A stretch of DNA of 64,000 nt, taken from contig CAWGMQ010000011.1 in NCBI GenBank assembly GCA_963823665.1, positions 1,104,167 through 1,168,166 of the forward strand, read 5' to 3'. The notes under the pieces were generated by a model, which was not told the DNA's origin, did not search any database, and worked only from the letters and a program-made list of their open reading frames with translations. The position numbers were made by a program, and so were the translations under genes. This document shows positions 36,001-47,900 of the stretch, piece by piece. Within the stretch, counting starts at the first letter, position 1. Every line of letters starts with the position of its first letter. This DNA is from an uncultured Planctomycetota bacterium. GTDB lineage: Bacteria > Planctomycetota > Planctomycetia > Isosphaerales > Isosphaeraceae.

Positions 36001-39000
36001 AATGCCGATTCGGTACGCGGAAATCATGTTGTCCGAAATCGTCGCCGGCGTCCCTGGGTTCGCATCGGAGTAGTTGCCGGTCTGCACGCCGATACGGACC
36101 GTGTCCAGCACGTTAGCGGTCACGCTGGCATAGAAGTTGTTGTAGAGGATCACGCCCACGCCGTAACCGTATCCGCCTCCGCCCAGGTTCTGGATCAGGT
36201 TCTCCGAAATGGTGTTGCCATCAGTGGCATCGCCGGCGTTGATTCCACTGTAGGCATTCTCAAAATCGACGCCCGCGTAGGCCGTATTCTCGACGATGTT
36301 GTTTGCGATCGAGATTGAACCCACATCGACGTAGGAGGAGATCCCCTCCGATGCATCGATGTAAACGCCGTTGAAGGTTACCGAACCGCCGTCGTAATGG
36401 ACGAAGCCAGGTGTGACGCTGTTGCTCCCGTCAATTGTCATCCCCTGGATCGTCACACCGCTCGAATCGACGCCGATGATGGTGATCGCCGTGGAGTCAA
36501 ACGGATTCGGGTCGGAAGCGCCCGGCATCACGACGGCTTGATCGCCCAGAGCGGGCGTGGGATCGGTGTTCGGATCAAACGTGGGGATCGGCCCGAGCAG
36601 GGTCAAGGGCTTGTCGATCTCAATCTCGGATGTAACGCCATCCGTCGCGTCGTTGTAAGAGCCCGTCGCGACGTACGTCCCCGCCTCGACATTGACGGTG
36701 TCATTGTCCGATGCCGCGTCGATGCCGCGCTGGATGCTGGGCGCCGTCGTGCCTCCGGGCGTGAAGTAGCTGTTCGGCGTCACGTAGATGTTGGCGGCCT
36801 TCAATCGCACGAGCCCATAGCCCGATACGTCGATACCGTCGACGATCTTGTCCTCGATCGCGTAGAGGTCCGACAGCGTTGCCGCTGAGAGCGTGACTCC
36901 GTCGAAGACGTTGGTCCCGCTCGGGTCCAGCTCGCCGCTGAACTCGTCGACGATGTCGTAGATGTCGCCCGTGAATGTATTGCCGGTGATACTGACCGTC
37001 GGACTATTGAGCGAGTAAGGACCGCCCGTGCCGTCAGTCGAGGTGCGGATGCCTGTGTCCGAATTCTCGAACGTGTTGTTCGAGACTGTGATCGGGCCGT
37101 TGGTGAATGACGGATTGAAGAACGCGATGCCTGTACCGTACGAGCCCGCGGCGATGTCGGTCGCCCCCCGGGTGATGTTCTCGAAGATGTTGCTGTCGAG
37201 CGTGAGATTGCCGGTGTTGTTCGCCACCAGCACGCCGATGTCCACACCGTTGAAGGTGTTGTTGTCGACCGTTCCCTGGACGTCGGAGAAGTTCAACTGA
37301 AGCGTGCTCTGGTCGTTGGCGTCGGCGATACCCGTGAACGTGTTGCCCTCGACGTCCATGAAGTTGCTCGTGTCAGCGCCGCCTGCGTAGAAGCCGACGA
37401 TCTGGATCACCGCGCTATCCGAGGGGTTTGACCCCGTCGTCGTGATTTGGTTGTCGGTCAACGTCAGCTTTTGCGGGTTGTTGAGAATCATGTTGGTCTG
37501 CGCGCTCGCGGCCATCGCGTTCAGGTCGAGCACGTTGTTCAGAAAGCTGAGCTGGACCCCCTGAGGCTCGCCCCCGATCAACTTCGACCCGTTCGCGGAG
37601 CCCGTCCCGTCGAGGGCGAAGCCGTCGATCGTGACATCGGAGTCGTTGGCGACCGTGAACGCTGCGATGCTCGAAGAGGTCGGGCCGCTCAGGGTCGACT
37701 CGCCCGTGCCGTGCGAATGTCTGTGTCTACCGGAAACGCCGACCATCGCGCCCTCGAGCGTGAGCTGCGCCTGCGGAATGTTCAGGCCCGCCGTGATGTC
37801 GTACGCTTGCGTCCCCCCCTGGACAAACACGGTGTCGCCGCTCGAGGCCACGTTGATGCCGCGCTGGATGGCGCCGGGGCTCGCGATCTCGCTGCTCTGG
37901 GCGACGAACACGTCGCCGGTCTTGAGGCTGACATAGCCGAGCGAGCTGTCGTCGAGGTAATCGGTGATCTTGCCTTCGATGCCGTAGTAGGTCGACAGGT
38001 CGTCCGGAAGGGTGCCGGTTGCTCCGACGAACCCGCCGGTGTCGCCGGTGCTGCCGAAAACCACCTCGCTCGCGTCAAGTGTCGAGCCCGCCATCGCTCC
38101 GCTCTCGAGGACGATGTATTTCGACAAGCCGGCGTCAAGATAAACGGGAGCCGTGCCGCTGAAACTCAGGCTGGCGTTCGGGCCGCTGACCTCGATGCCG
38201 ACGGCCGAGCCCGTGATCACCGTGCTGGAAGTCACCTCGGCGGAGATCAGCGAAGGGACGGTCGTGTTGCGCGGATCGTCCTGGACGAAGATGCCCGCGA
38301 CCGATGCGTCGCTGATGCTGACGGCGCTGACAACGATCGCCGTCGAGCCGCCGCTGGACTGGTAACCGTCGTAGTTATCCACCCAGACGCCATAGTCGGT
38401 ATCAGTGACGCTGCCTCCACTGATCGTGACCGAAGACGTGGTGGTGTCGTTCCAGATCTGATAGCCAACAGTCGTCTCGGCGTCGCTCGCGCCGGTGGCG
38501 CTGATGATGTTGCCGGAGAGAGTTACGCCTGGGATTCCCCCTTGAGACGAGATCTCGATGCCGTCCCACTCCGTGCCAAGCACGAGCTCTGCACGCTCTC
38601 GTCGGCCTCGTTGATCGTATTGGAGCTGATCGTGAACGCCGAGGCGTCGGTATACGACAGGTTGTAGAAGATTCCCTGGAATGCCGAAGTGATCGTGTTG
38701 CCGGAAATGGAAGGCGAGAAGCTAAGATCCGAGTTCGCGTTCGAGAAGTTACCCGTTTGAACCCCGACGAGCACGCTGCTGATGACGTTGTCGTTCACCT
38801 GGGCGTAGAAGTTGTTATAAAGGATCACGCCGATCCCGGCGGCGGAAGGGTTGGCGGGAGTACCGAGGTACCCGTCGTATCCTACGTTTGAGATCTTGTT
38901 GTCGCTGATGACGTTGTCTGAAGTCGCGGCAGGGTTGACAGCATTGTAGAAATCAACTCCTGAATACGAAGTGTTTTCAATGACGTTGTTTTCGACCGTG

Positions 39001-42000
39001 ATGCCGCCGACGCCCTGGTAACTGGCGATGCCCTCGCCCGCATTCACATCGACGCCGCCCACGTCGATCCCGCTATCCGGGAGCGCTGAATTGTAACCGT
39101 TGATCGTGAAGCCCTCGATGGTGACGTCGGAGGACATCACGTAGAACACCTGGACGAAGAAGTCAGCGCTTGGGTCGGTGCCGGTCGCCGAGGGAACCAC
39201 GATCGCCGGCGCATTTGGGGAACCCGTATTCGGGTTCACACCCGAGTTGGGCCCGAGGATGGACAAAGGAGCGGTGGCGTCGACGAACAACCCACCGGGG
39301 CTGCCAACCGAATTGGCTTGATACGTCCCCGCCTGGACGTTGACGGTGCCCAGACTGTTGGCCTCCGCCGCGTCGATGCCGCGCTGGATGGAGTCGGGAA
39401 CATTGTTCAGGAAGGAGCCGGGGTAGTTGGTCTCGTTGAGCTGGGTGATGTAGACGTTGCCGGCTACGATCTGGACCAGGCCGTAGCTTTCGTTGTCCAG
39501 AGCGTCGATGATGCCGTTCTGGATGATGTAATCATCCGCCAGGCCGCCCGCACTCGGGGTCAAGCCGCCAAACGTGTTGTTGGTGGCGTTGACATATTGC
39601 GAGGATTGATTGTCGATGTAAGTGGTCGTGGCGGCGAACGCGTTGGCTGTCGTCGCGCCGACAGTCACTGTGCCGGCGGTGCTGTCGATCGCCAGATCGG
39701 TGGTGTTGTCGGTGGTACCGCTGAAAGTCACGCCATCGACGCTGCCCGAGCCGCCGGTCTCGAATTCGACACCGGTGGTGTTGCCGTAGATGTTGTTGGC
39801 GCTGCCGACGCGTCGATCGTCGCGCTGCCGCCGTTCTCCACCAGGATGCCAGTGGTGAAGCCCTCGATCGTGTCGCCGGTGATCGTGGCCGTGCCGCCGT
39901 CGACGTCCATGCCGATCCCCGCCGGGTCGCTCTCAATGGTGAATCCGGAGATCGCGACCGTCACTCCGGGCTCGACCGTGATGCCGGTGGCGCCGCCGGT
40001 GACCTGGATGATGGACGGACCACCGCCTGCGCCCTCGAGCGTCAAATCCTTGTCAATCGTGATCGGGCCGACGTAGGTCCCCGGCGCGACGTCCAGCGTG
40101 CTGCCGGGAGCAGCGTTGTTGATCTCGGTCTGGAGCGTGGTGACTTCGAAGGCCCCGATGTCGACAGTGCCGTTCACGATCCGCGGGTAGCCGGCGCCGC
40201 GCTGGTCGGTGGACAGGGAGTACGTGTTGGCGAGGGCGGTGCTTCCGTTGCCGATGGCATAGCTGCTGGGCTCGAGCGCGATGGTCTCGGTCGGGCCGCC
40301 GTTATGCTGGAGCTTATTCGGGTCGAGCCCCACGTTGGCGTCTGAGACGCCGACCTGGTTGCCGTTGTCGCCGTCGATCAGGCTGCCGGTATTGTCGACT
40401 CCGACCAGGTTGTACGCACTGGCCAGCGTAACGCCATTATTGCCGTCGATGTCGTCGGCCACTCCGCCGGCGGTGTTGAGGGCGACGATCGTGTTGTACA
40501 GGGTGTCGTCAATGCCGCTCGCAATTAGCCCGCCGCCGCCGTATTCAGTAACGGTGTTGTAGGCGATGGTGCTGTTGACGACCGTCAGGGTGCCGCCGTC
40601 GAAAATGCCACCGCCTGACCGGTACGCCAAGTTCGACGCGACGGTGCTGTTGAGGACGGTCAGTGTGTTTTCGTTGTAGATGCCGCCGCCGTAGCCGGAA
40701 CTGCCGTAGTTGGTGGCGCCTGCGGTGCGATCGTCGGTCGCGTCGTTGTGCGCGACGGTGCTCGCCGTGATCGTCACGGTGCCACCCGAAACAAAGAGGC
40801 CGCCGCCCAGGGCCGCCGAGTTGTGGTCGATGGTGCTGCCGGTGATCGATAGCGTTCCGCCGTTATTATTGTAGATGCCGCCGCCCCTCGAGCCGGCGGA
40901 GTTCGACGAGAGCGCGTCGCCGGAGATCGTGACGTCGCCGCCGGAGTTGAAGATGGCGCCGGCGTCCTGGGTGGCGGTGTTCTTCGAGAGCGTGCTGTCC
41001 GTGATGGTCAAGTCGCCGTACGAAACGTAGATGGCGCCGCCCGAGGCGAGGCCCGCAGCGCCGGGTTCTTCTGGTGAACCCGGCGAGCCGGCGAGCGCGC
41101 GGGAGTAGCCAGGAGAGCCCATAGTCAAACCACTGCCGCCCGAACCGGGGGCGCCGGGTTGACCTCCGGGCGCAGTATGGGTCATTCCGGCTCCGGGGCG
41201 GCCCCCGGTGACGCTATTCGAGGCCACGGCGTCGTCGGTCAACGTGACCGAACCGCGAGCGACATAGATACCACCGCCGGCGGCTTTTCCACCGTTGCCG
41301 CTCAGCCCGCCATTGCCACCACGACCGCCGGAGTTGTTGCCACCGCCATCGCCACCGAGTCCAGAGAGTCCTGGGTAGATCTGACCGAGACCAGCCGCGC
41401 CGCCGTGTCCGCCCTTCCCTCCAGTGCCTCCTTTTCCTCCTTGGGCGCCAGACCCAGCAGCTCCGCCCTTACCGCCGATCGCGCTGTTAAAGGAGAGAGT
41501 CGTGCTGGTGAAGGATGGGTCAATAATAAGGTGCCGGGCGCTCGCGTAGACGCCTCCGCCTTGGCCCGCGCCGCCGGTGCCGCCCGAGCCACCCGCTCCA
41601 CCCGGGCCTCCCACTCCACCTCGACCACCAAAACCGCCAGTCCCTCCGTTACCACCGAATTCATACTCTGAACCGCCACCTGTTCCACCCTTCCCTCCTT
41701 GACCACCCGTGCCTCCTGCTCCTCCGAGACCTCCTTGGCCTCCCGTTCCGGCTGCGCCGCCCTCGGCGTGATTATACTGGATCACGGAGCTGCCCGGACT
41801 CGTGCCGAGAACGGACACATTTGTGGTTGCAAGAATGTAGAGACCGCCGCCGAGGCCCGCGCCGCCCTGGCCGCCCGCTCCGCCACTGCCACCCGCTCCG
41901 CCCGTTCCGCCCGCTCCGCCTGTTGATCCCCGGCCGCCAGTTTGTGAAAAGGAAGGGGTGCCAGCCGGGCCGGTAGCCCCAGCGTTACCCTCGCCTCCCG

Positions 42001-43220
42001 CACCGCCGGCTCCGCCAGTGCCACCGTTGCCGCCCCGGCCGCCGAGAGCGTTATTGGAATTGACCGTATCGTTGGTCAAATTGGCGGTCCCGCTGGCAAT
42101 ATAGACTCCGCCGCCGTCGCCCGCCCCGCCGGCGCCTCCGGCGCCTCCCCGCCCACCCGGTTGACCGGCAGACCCGGGCATGCCAGGCGCGCCCGCGGTC
42201 CCAGCCGCACCCGCTGAACCCTGCCCGCCCGCGCCTCCGTGGGCGACATTGGATTCAACCAGGGTCGACGTCATGGTGAGAACGCCGGAGCCGAAGTAGA
42301 TCCCGCCGCCTTGCGCTGCACCGCCCGGGCCACCAGCGCCGCCGGGGTAGCGACCGTTGTCGCCCACGCCGCCGATGGCTGAATTGCTTTTCACGCTGTC
42401 ATGGCTCAGGGTCACGTTGGCGCTAGCCGCCGCGTAGATGCCGCCGCCGAACGCTGCGAGCGGGTTGCCCGGAATATCCTTGACTTTGTTGCCTTCGATC
42501 GTGGTGTCGCTGATCGTCAGGGTCCCGCCGGCCTGGTAGATGCCGCCGCCATTCGGAAAGGCCACGTTGTTCTTGATGAGGCCGTTGGCGATCATCACCG
42601 TGCCACTACCGCGGGCGTAGATGCCGCCACCCGACCTGGCGTCATTGGCCGAAATCGAACCGCCCGAGATCGAGAACCTTGCCTCCGCTGTCGAACACGC
42701 CGCCGCCGCTGGCATACGAGTTGCCGTCGTCCTTGATGACGTCGCTCTTCAATTTCAGTGAAGCGCCGGACTCGACAACTACGGCCGATGACAGCGTGAA
42801 GTTCTGGATCGTGAATCCCGTGATCGTGACGCCAGTGACATCCGCATTGACCGTGAAGCCGGCGGAGGGCTGCGCGGTGCCGTCCAGGATCGGGTGTTGG
42901 CCCGCATCGGCCTCGATGGTCAGGCTGTCCGTGCTGACGGTGTCGGACTCGTTGTAGCCGAGGCCGGTCTCCACGTAGATCGTCTCGCCCAGGCTTGCGA
43001 CATCGATCGCGGCCTGGATCGTCCTGTAGCCGGTGGCCGCAGTTACCCCGTCGACTGCACCGAGGTTAGCCGAATTGACGTATAACACGGCGCCGGTGAG
43101 CAGGGTCCGCGGCTCGAGCACCTCCAGGATCCGCTGCCTGCTCCGTGATGCGTCGCGCCGGTTCCGAGATTTCCGTGAGGCGAACAGATTGGAGAATCGA
43201 TGAGAGTGGCTGCGCGACAT
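30093..43220 (-). CDS. Giant surface protein B (LEPRxLL leader; right-handed beta-helix modules, PGRS-like Gly-rich region, choice-of-anchor Q, Ig, 3 YDG repeats, 4 CBM-like repeats, conserved tail); apparently frameshifted
   Basis: ORFs 42642-43277, 39728-42715, 38523-39731, 33505-38583 and 30093-34169 join at 4 frameshifts (~42680, 39805, 38585, 34188). ATG at 43220 has AGAGGAG 8 nt upstream. LEVLEPRTLLT lies at 43095-43127. Confidence 0.82.
30445..32605 (-). repeat. Four tandem 555-bp near-identical repeats (DTSTxGNWINVYGxDGY...NAVLSGLFFDP beta-sandwich/CBM-like domain + Pro13 linker)
   Basis: Shadow ORFs recur at exact 555-nt spacing (30686, 31241, 31796, 32351); the protein copies are nearly identical. 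Confidence 0.95.
32615..33365 (-). repeat. Three YDG/MBG-type Ig-like repeats in gene B
   Basis: LTVTAxxNSKTYDGT..A...PTIT.G.V..GDT..F.E.Y.TKNVGTxLTLTP.G.V.DGNSGNNY. Confidence 0.8.
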
Positions 43221-43448
43221 CGTCGGTGCTCCTCTATCTCGAGTGATGATTTCGTGTTGGTCGATCGCGGCTGGCAATCGAGTCTTGGTGTCGATCGAGT
43301 CGGGACGCTTGGGTTCGATGGCTCGTGGCTAAAGGCAATGGATGGGCGGAACGATTCGTGTACGGATTCGGGATTTTGAAGTAACCGAGTAACGCCGTCC
43401 GGGCCCTCTAGTAGCGGCTAAGGAATAATCCGGGACATCGCGAATGCA

Positions 43449-43471
43449 CCTCGCTCACGCTTCGGGTTGGT
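43449..43471. repeat. Solo half of a Planctomycete REP-like repeat
   Basis: cctcgctcacgcttcgggttggt (reverse complement accaacccgaagcgtgagcgagg) matches, from recall, the abundant planctomycete accaxcccgaagcgxxagcgagg repeat; no inverted partner nearby. Confidence 0.55.
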
Positions 43472-44130
43472 GTCGGGCATGGCGCGAAAAGACCCGCCGG
43501 AAGTTACTCTTTGTCCGGAAAAGTACGAACCGCGAACGAACCGGATCAGAGCTTTTTCAAGCGATCCGGGTTGATCAGGTGAAACAGAGAACCACGACCG
43601 CGAAACGAGGCGGTTACTGCCAGGAAGCTGGAAAGTCAGCCGGAGATCGCGACGTCATCCCCGCGCAACGGGGAAGACCACAGCTCTCCTTCGCTCCCCA
43701 CCTCGGGATCGCGGCGAGTCAATCAATCAAATGCACCGCTGCAAGGCTTCCACGCATACGTCTGCGTTGGATTCCGTGGTGAACCGCGTCGTCGGGCTCG
43801 GCTACCCGTTTGGATCAGACCTCCAATCACTGATGCCACTCGAACGGTTCGATCCGCAGGTCGAAAGGGCCAGACCATCATGGTCGCTGCCGAAAGATTT
43901 CGTCATCTTTCGATGATAGACTTGCGCTGTTGCGTGCTCTTACTTGTTTGATCGCACGACGGGTCGTGATTCTAAGCACGCTTGAACGGAGATTGCAAGT
44001 GCGCAGATGAAATAAATGAAAGACGTTTTTTGCAAAAGAGCCGAAAACGCGGAATTTCGTGCTGAAATGATTTGAGAGCGAGCCGTTGCATCGAGATGAG
44101 TCGCGTCGTTTTGCGGCAGCGTCCTGGTGA

Positions 44131-44907
44131 TCACCGGGCTGTGTAGCCGCCGTCGACAAAAAGCGTGGCGCCGGTCATGAAGCTCGAGGCATCCGAGGCG
44201 AGGAAAACCGCCGCCGGGCCCAGCTCCACGGGGTCGCCCCAGCGCGCCAGCGGCACGTTCGACTCCATTTGAGCGCGGGCTGCCGGGTCGTTCAAAAGCG
44301 GCGCGTTGATTTCGGTGGCAAACGGTCCGGGGCAGAGCGCGTTGACGTTGATACCGTCTTTGGCCCATTCAAGAGCCAGCGTCTTGGTCAGAAGCGTGAG
44401 CCCCCCCTTGCTTGACGCGTACGGTGAGCGGCCCGGCAGCGAGATTTCCCCCAGCATGCTCGAGACGTTGATCACCCGGCCCCACTTCTGAGCTTTCATC
44501 ACGGGCGCCACCGCGCGGCAGCAAAGCCAGGGGCCTTTGAGGTTCGTATCGACGACCGTGTCCCAGTCGTGCTCGGTCAGCTCTTCAATCGGGCCGCGGA
44601 TGTTCACCCCGGCATTGTTCACCAGAATGTCGATCCGACCGAGCGAATCCAGCACCTGGGTCAGCATGCTAGCCACGTCCGCCGGACGAGTCACGTCGGC
44701 AGCAATGCCTAGAGACCTTCGCCCCGAGACACGCTGAATCACCTCGGCAACGCGGGCGGCCGTTTCAAGCTGCCGCGCGGAAATCGCCAGGTCCGCGCCG
44801 GCCGACGCGAGCGCATCCGCGATCGCGCGCCCGAGCCCCCGCGAGCCTCCCGTCACAACCGCAACCTTGCCGTCGAGCCGGAACCGATCGAGCACGCTGC
44901 CATTCAT
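44131..44907 (-). CDS. SDR family NAD(P)-dependent oxidoreductase (gluconate 5-dehydrogenase/KduD-like)
   Basis: TGGSRGLG, NNAG, YASSK catalytic motif and FVDGG C-terminus; 258 aa; starts 35 nt after the gene C stop. Confidence 0.93.
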   Translation of the reverse strand: MNGSVLDRFRLDGKVAVVTGGSRGLGRAIADALASAGADLAISARQLETAARVAEVIQRVSGRRSLGIAADVTRPADVASMLTQVLDSLGRIDILVNNAGVNIRGPIEELTEHDWDTVVDTNLKGPWLCCRAVAPVMKAQKWGRVINVSSMLGEISLPGRSPYASSKGGLTLLTKTLALEWAKDGINVNALCPGPFATEINAPLLNDPAARAQMESNVPLARWGDPVELGPAAVFLASDASSFMTGATLFVDGGYTAR

Positions 44908-44942
44908 GTTGCGCTTTCAATTTGTGTTGGCATCGCGGAAGA

Positions 44943-47900
44943 TCATCCAAAAAGAGACTGCCACGCCTTGGGCTTGCCGGTCACCTGTGCGAGCGCCAGA
45001 TTGTCGATCAACTGGTCGCGCAAATCGCTGACGTCCGCAGTCGGCGGCACGATCGACACGACGACTCCCCCCGAACGGACCGTTGGGGCCCCTTTGCTGG
45101 CGGAGCTTCTCCACCCACCCAGGATCGCTTCGTCGATCGCCGCCAGGCTGCTCGCCAACGAGCTCGAGGGATGCACGCTCGCAGCGGAAACATCCGATTG
45201 AGCCGTTGCCGCACGACCCGGAGAGCTCGAGCTCGATCCGTGGCCTTGCCCCTGGAACGACGACGTAGCGGCAAGGGCGCTCAGTGTTTCGGATCCAGAC
45301 GGCGGGTCGGGATCGAAGAACAGCCCGCTCACCACCGCATTGGGGCCGGCCGTGCGCGTGAACGTGATCAACACGTTCCCCGATATCGTCCAGGTCAGAT
45401 ACTCTCCACTCGCGAAATTCGACACACTCTGCGTATTCAGCACGGCACTTGTATTGGCGTCGGAGAGCGTCACAGTCTCCGCACGGTGCGACGCGTCGTA
45501 GTCAAGGAAATAGAGCTCGAGGTTGTAAGCCTGGCCGGAGGCCACGTTCACATCGACCGTGAAGCTCGTGGCCGAATACCAGACAGCCGCAACACGACTC
45601 GTCCCGGACGGCGGTACCTCGAGGGCCTGCTGGGTTGACGGCGACGGGGTCGACCACGTGTATTCCTGCTCGCCGGCCGGCGCGATCGTGGCGTACGCCG
45701 GATCTTTCACGCTGCTGGCGACCAGGCTATACCCATCCGATCCGTAGACGTTGATCCAGTTCCCCTTCGTCGAGGTATCGGAGCCGACAAAACTCGCCGT
45801 GGCCGAACCAGGAGGCGGAGGTGGCGGCGGCGGCGGAGGTGGCACAGGAGTCGTGGGATCGAAGAATAGTCCGTTCAGCACCGCATTGGCGCCGGCCGTC
45901 CGCGTGATCGTGATCAGCACGTTCCCCGATATCGTCCAGGTCAGATACTCTCCGCTCGCGAAATTCGACGCGCTCTGCGTGTTCAGCACCGCACTCGTAT
46001 TGGCGTCGGACAGCGTCACTGTCTCCGCGCGCCCCGAGGCGTCGTAGTCGAGCAGATAGAGCTCGAGGTTGTACTCCTGGCCCGTGGCCACGTTCACATC
46101 GACCGTGAAGCTCGTGGCCGAATACCAGACAGCCGCAACACGACTCGTCCCCGACGGCGGTACCTCGAGGGCCTGCTGGGTTGCCGGCGACGGGGTCGAC
46201 CACGTGTATTCCTGCTCGCCGGCCGGCGTGATCGTGGCGTACGCCGGATCTTTCACGCTGCTGGCGACCAGGCTATACCCATCCGATCCGTAGACGTTGA
46301 TCCAGTTGCCCTCCGTTGAGGTGTCGCTCTTGACGAAGACCGCGGTCGCTCCCGACGCCGATGTGATCACGCCGGTTGAGACGGGAACGAACGTGTAGGT
46401 GTAATTGTTGCCGGAGTTGCCGTCGGTGACGGTGCCGCTGGGCGTGAGAGTCAACCCTGTACCCACATTCGGCGTATTGTACGTTTCGATGAAGTTGGCC
46501 GAATCGCCCGGGGCAATGCTTCCGGAGGTGATCGTGGGAATGGCCGCGGCGGAGGTGGTTCCGTCGTAAGTCTTGGTGTTGGTCACGGCGGTAACGGTGA
46601 GCGCCCGCGCCGTGATCGTGCCCAACGATGCCGCAACATACGAGTACGTGTAGTTCTTGCCCGAGTTGCCGTCGTTCACCGCGCCGCCGGGGGTCAGCGT
46701 CAGGCCGCTGCCCACGTTTCTGGTCGAGTAAGTCTCGATGAAGCCGGCGGTGTCGCCGGGCATCACGGTGCCCGAAGTGATCGTGGGAACCGTCGTCGCG
46801 GACGTTGTGCCGTCGTAGGTCTTGCTGTTGGCCGCGGCCGTCACCGTCAGGGCCTCGGCCGTGATCGTGCCGGAGGAAGCCGCAACATACGAGTACGTGT
46901 AGTTCTTGCCCGAATTGCCGTCGTTCACCACACCGCTGGGGGTCAGCGTCAGGCTGCTGCCCACGTTCTTGCTCGAGTACGCGTCGGTGAAACCGGCTGT
47001 GTCGCCGGGCATCACCGTACCCGCGGTGATCGTGGGCACCGTCGCTGCTGCGGTTGTGCCGCTGTACGTCTTGGTGTTGGCGGCCGCGGTGATCGTGAGC
47101 GACTCTGGCGAGATCGTGAAGCTGGTCGAGCTGCTGGCCGTCGGATAATTCGTGCTGCCAGGGAAGGTGGCGACGACTGTGTACGTTCCTTCGTTGCGCG
47201 GTGCGGTGCTGCCCAGATTCGTTCCGCCGGTCCCGGTCCCCGCGTAATAATCAAAGTTGATACCTTCTCCCTGCAGCGTGTCGTAGGGAGGTCCGTCATT
47301 GGGTGTGATCGTGGCGGAGGCCGCAAACGGCAACCCGTCATACGTGCCGCTCGCATCCGTGACACTTACCGTCGGCGGGCTCGTGGCGGTGGCGGGATCG
47401 AAGAATAGTCCGCTCAGCACCGCATTGGCGCCGGCTGTCCGCGTGATCGTGATCAGGACGTTACCCGATATCGTCCAGACCAGATACTCTCCGCTCGTGA
47501 AATTCGACACGCTCTGCGTGTTGAGCACGGCATTCGATTTGGCGTCGGAGAGCGTCACCGTCTCCGCACGGTGCGACGCGTCGTAGTCGAGGAAATAGAG
47601 CCCGAGGTTGTACTCCTGGCCCCCGGCCACGTTCACATCGACCGTGAAGCTGGTGGCCGAATACCAGACGGCCGCAACACGACTCGCCCCGGACGGCGGT
47701 ACCTCGAGGGCCTGCTTGGTTGTCAGCGACGGGGTCGACCACGTGTATTCCTGCTCGCCGGCCGGCGTGATCGTGGCATGGGCCGGATTGACCACGCTGC
47801 TGGCGACCAAGTCATAGCCGTCGGATCCGTAGACACCAATCCAGTTGCCTTGCGTCGTGGTGTCCGATTTCACGAACGAAGCCGAGGCGATGATGGGGTT

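Noticed and set aside
43606..43620. ggcggttactg as an ops/RfaH-type antitermination site
   Set aside because: Imperfect match and on the non-coding strand relative to gene B
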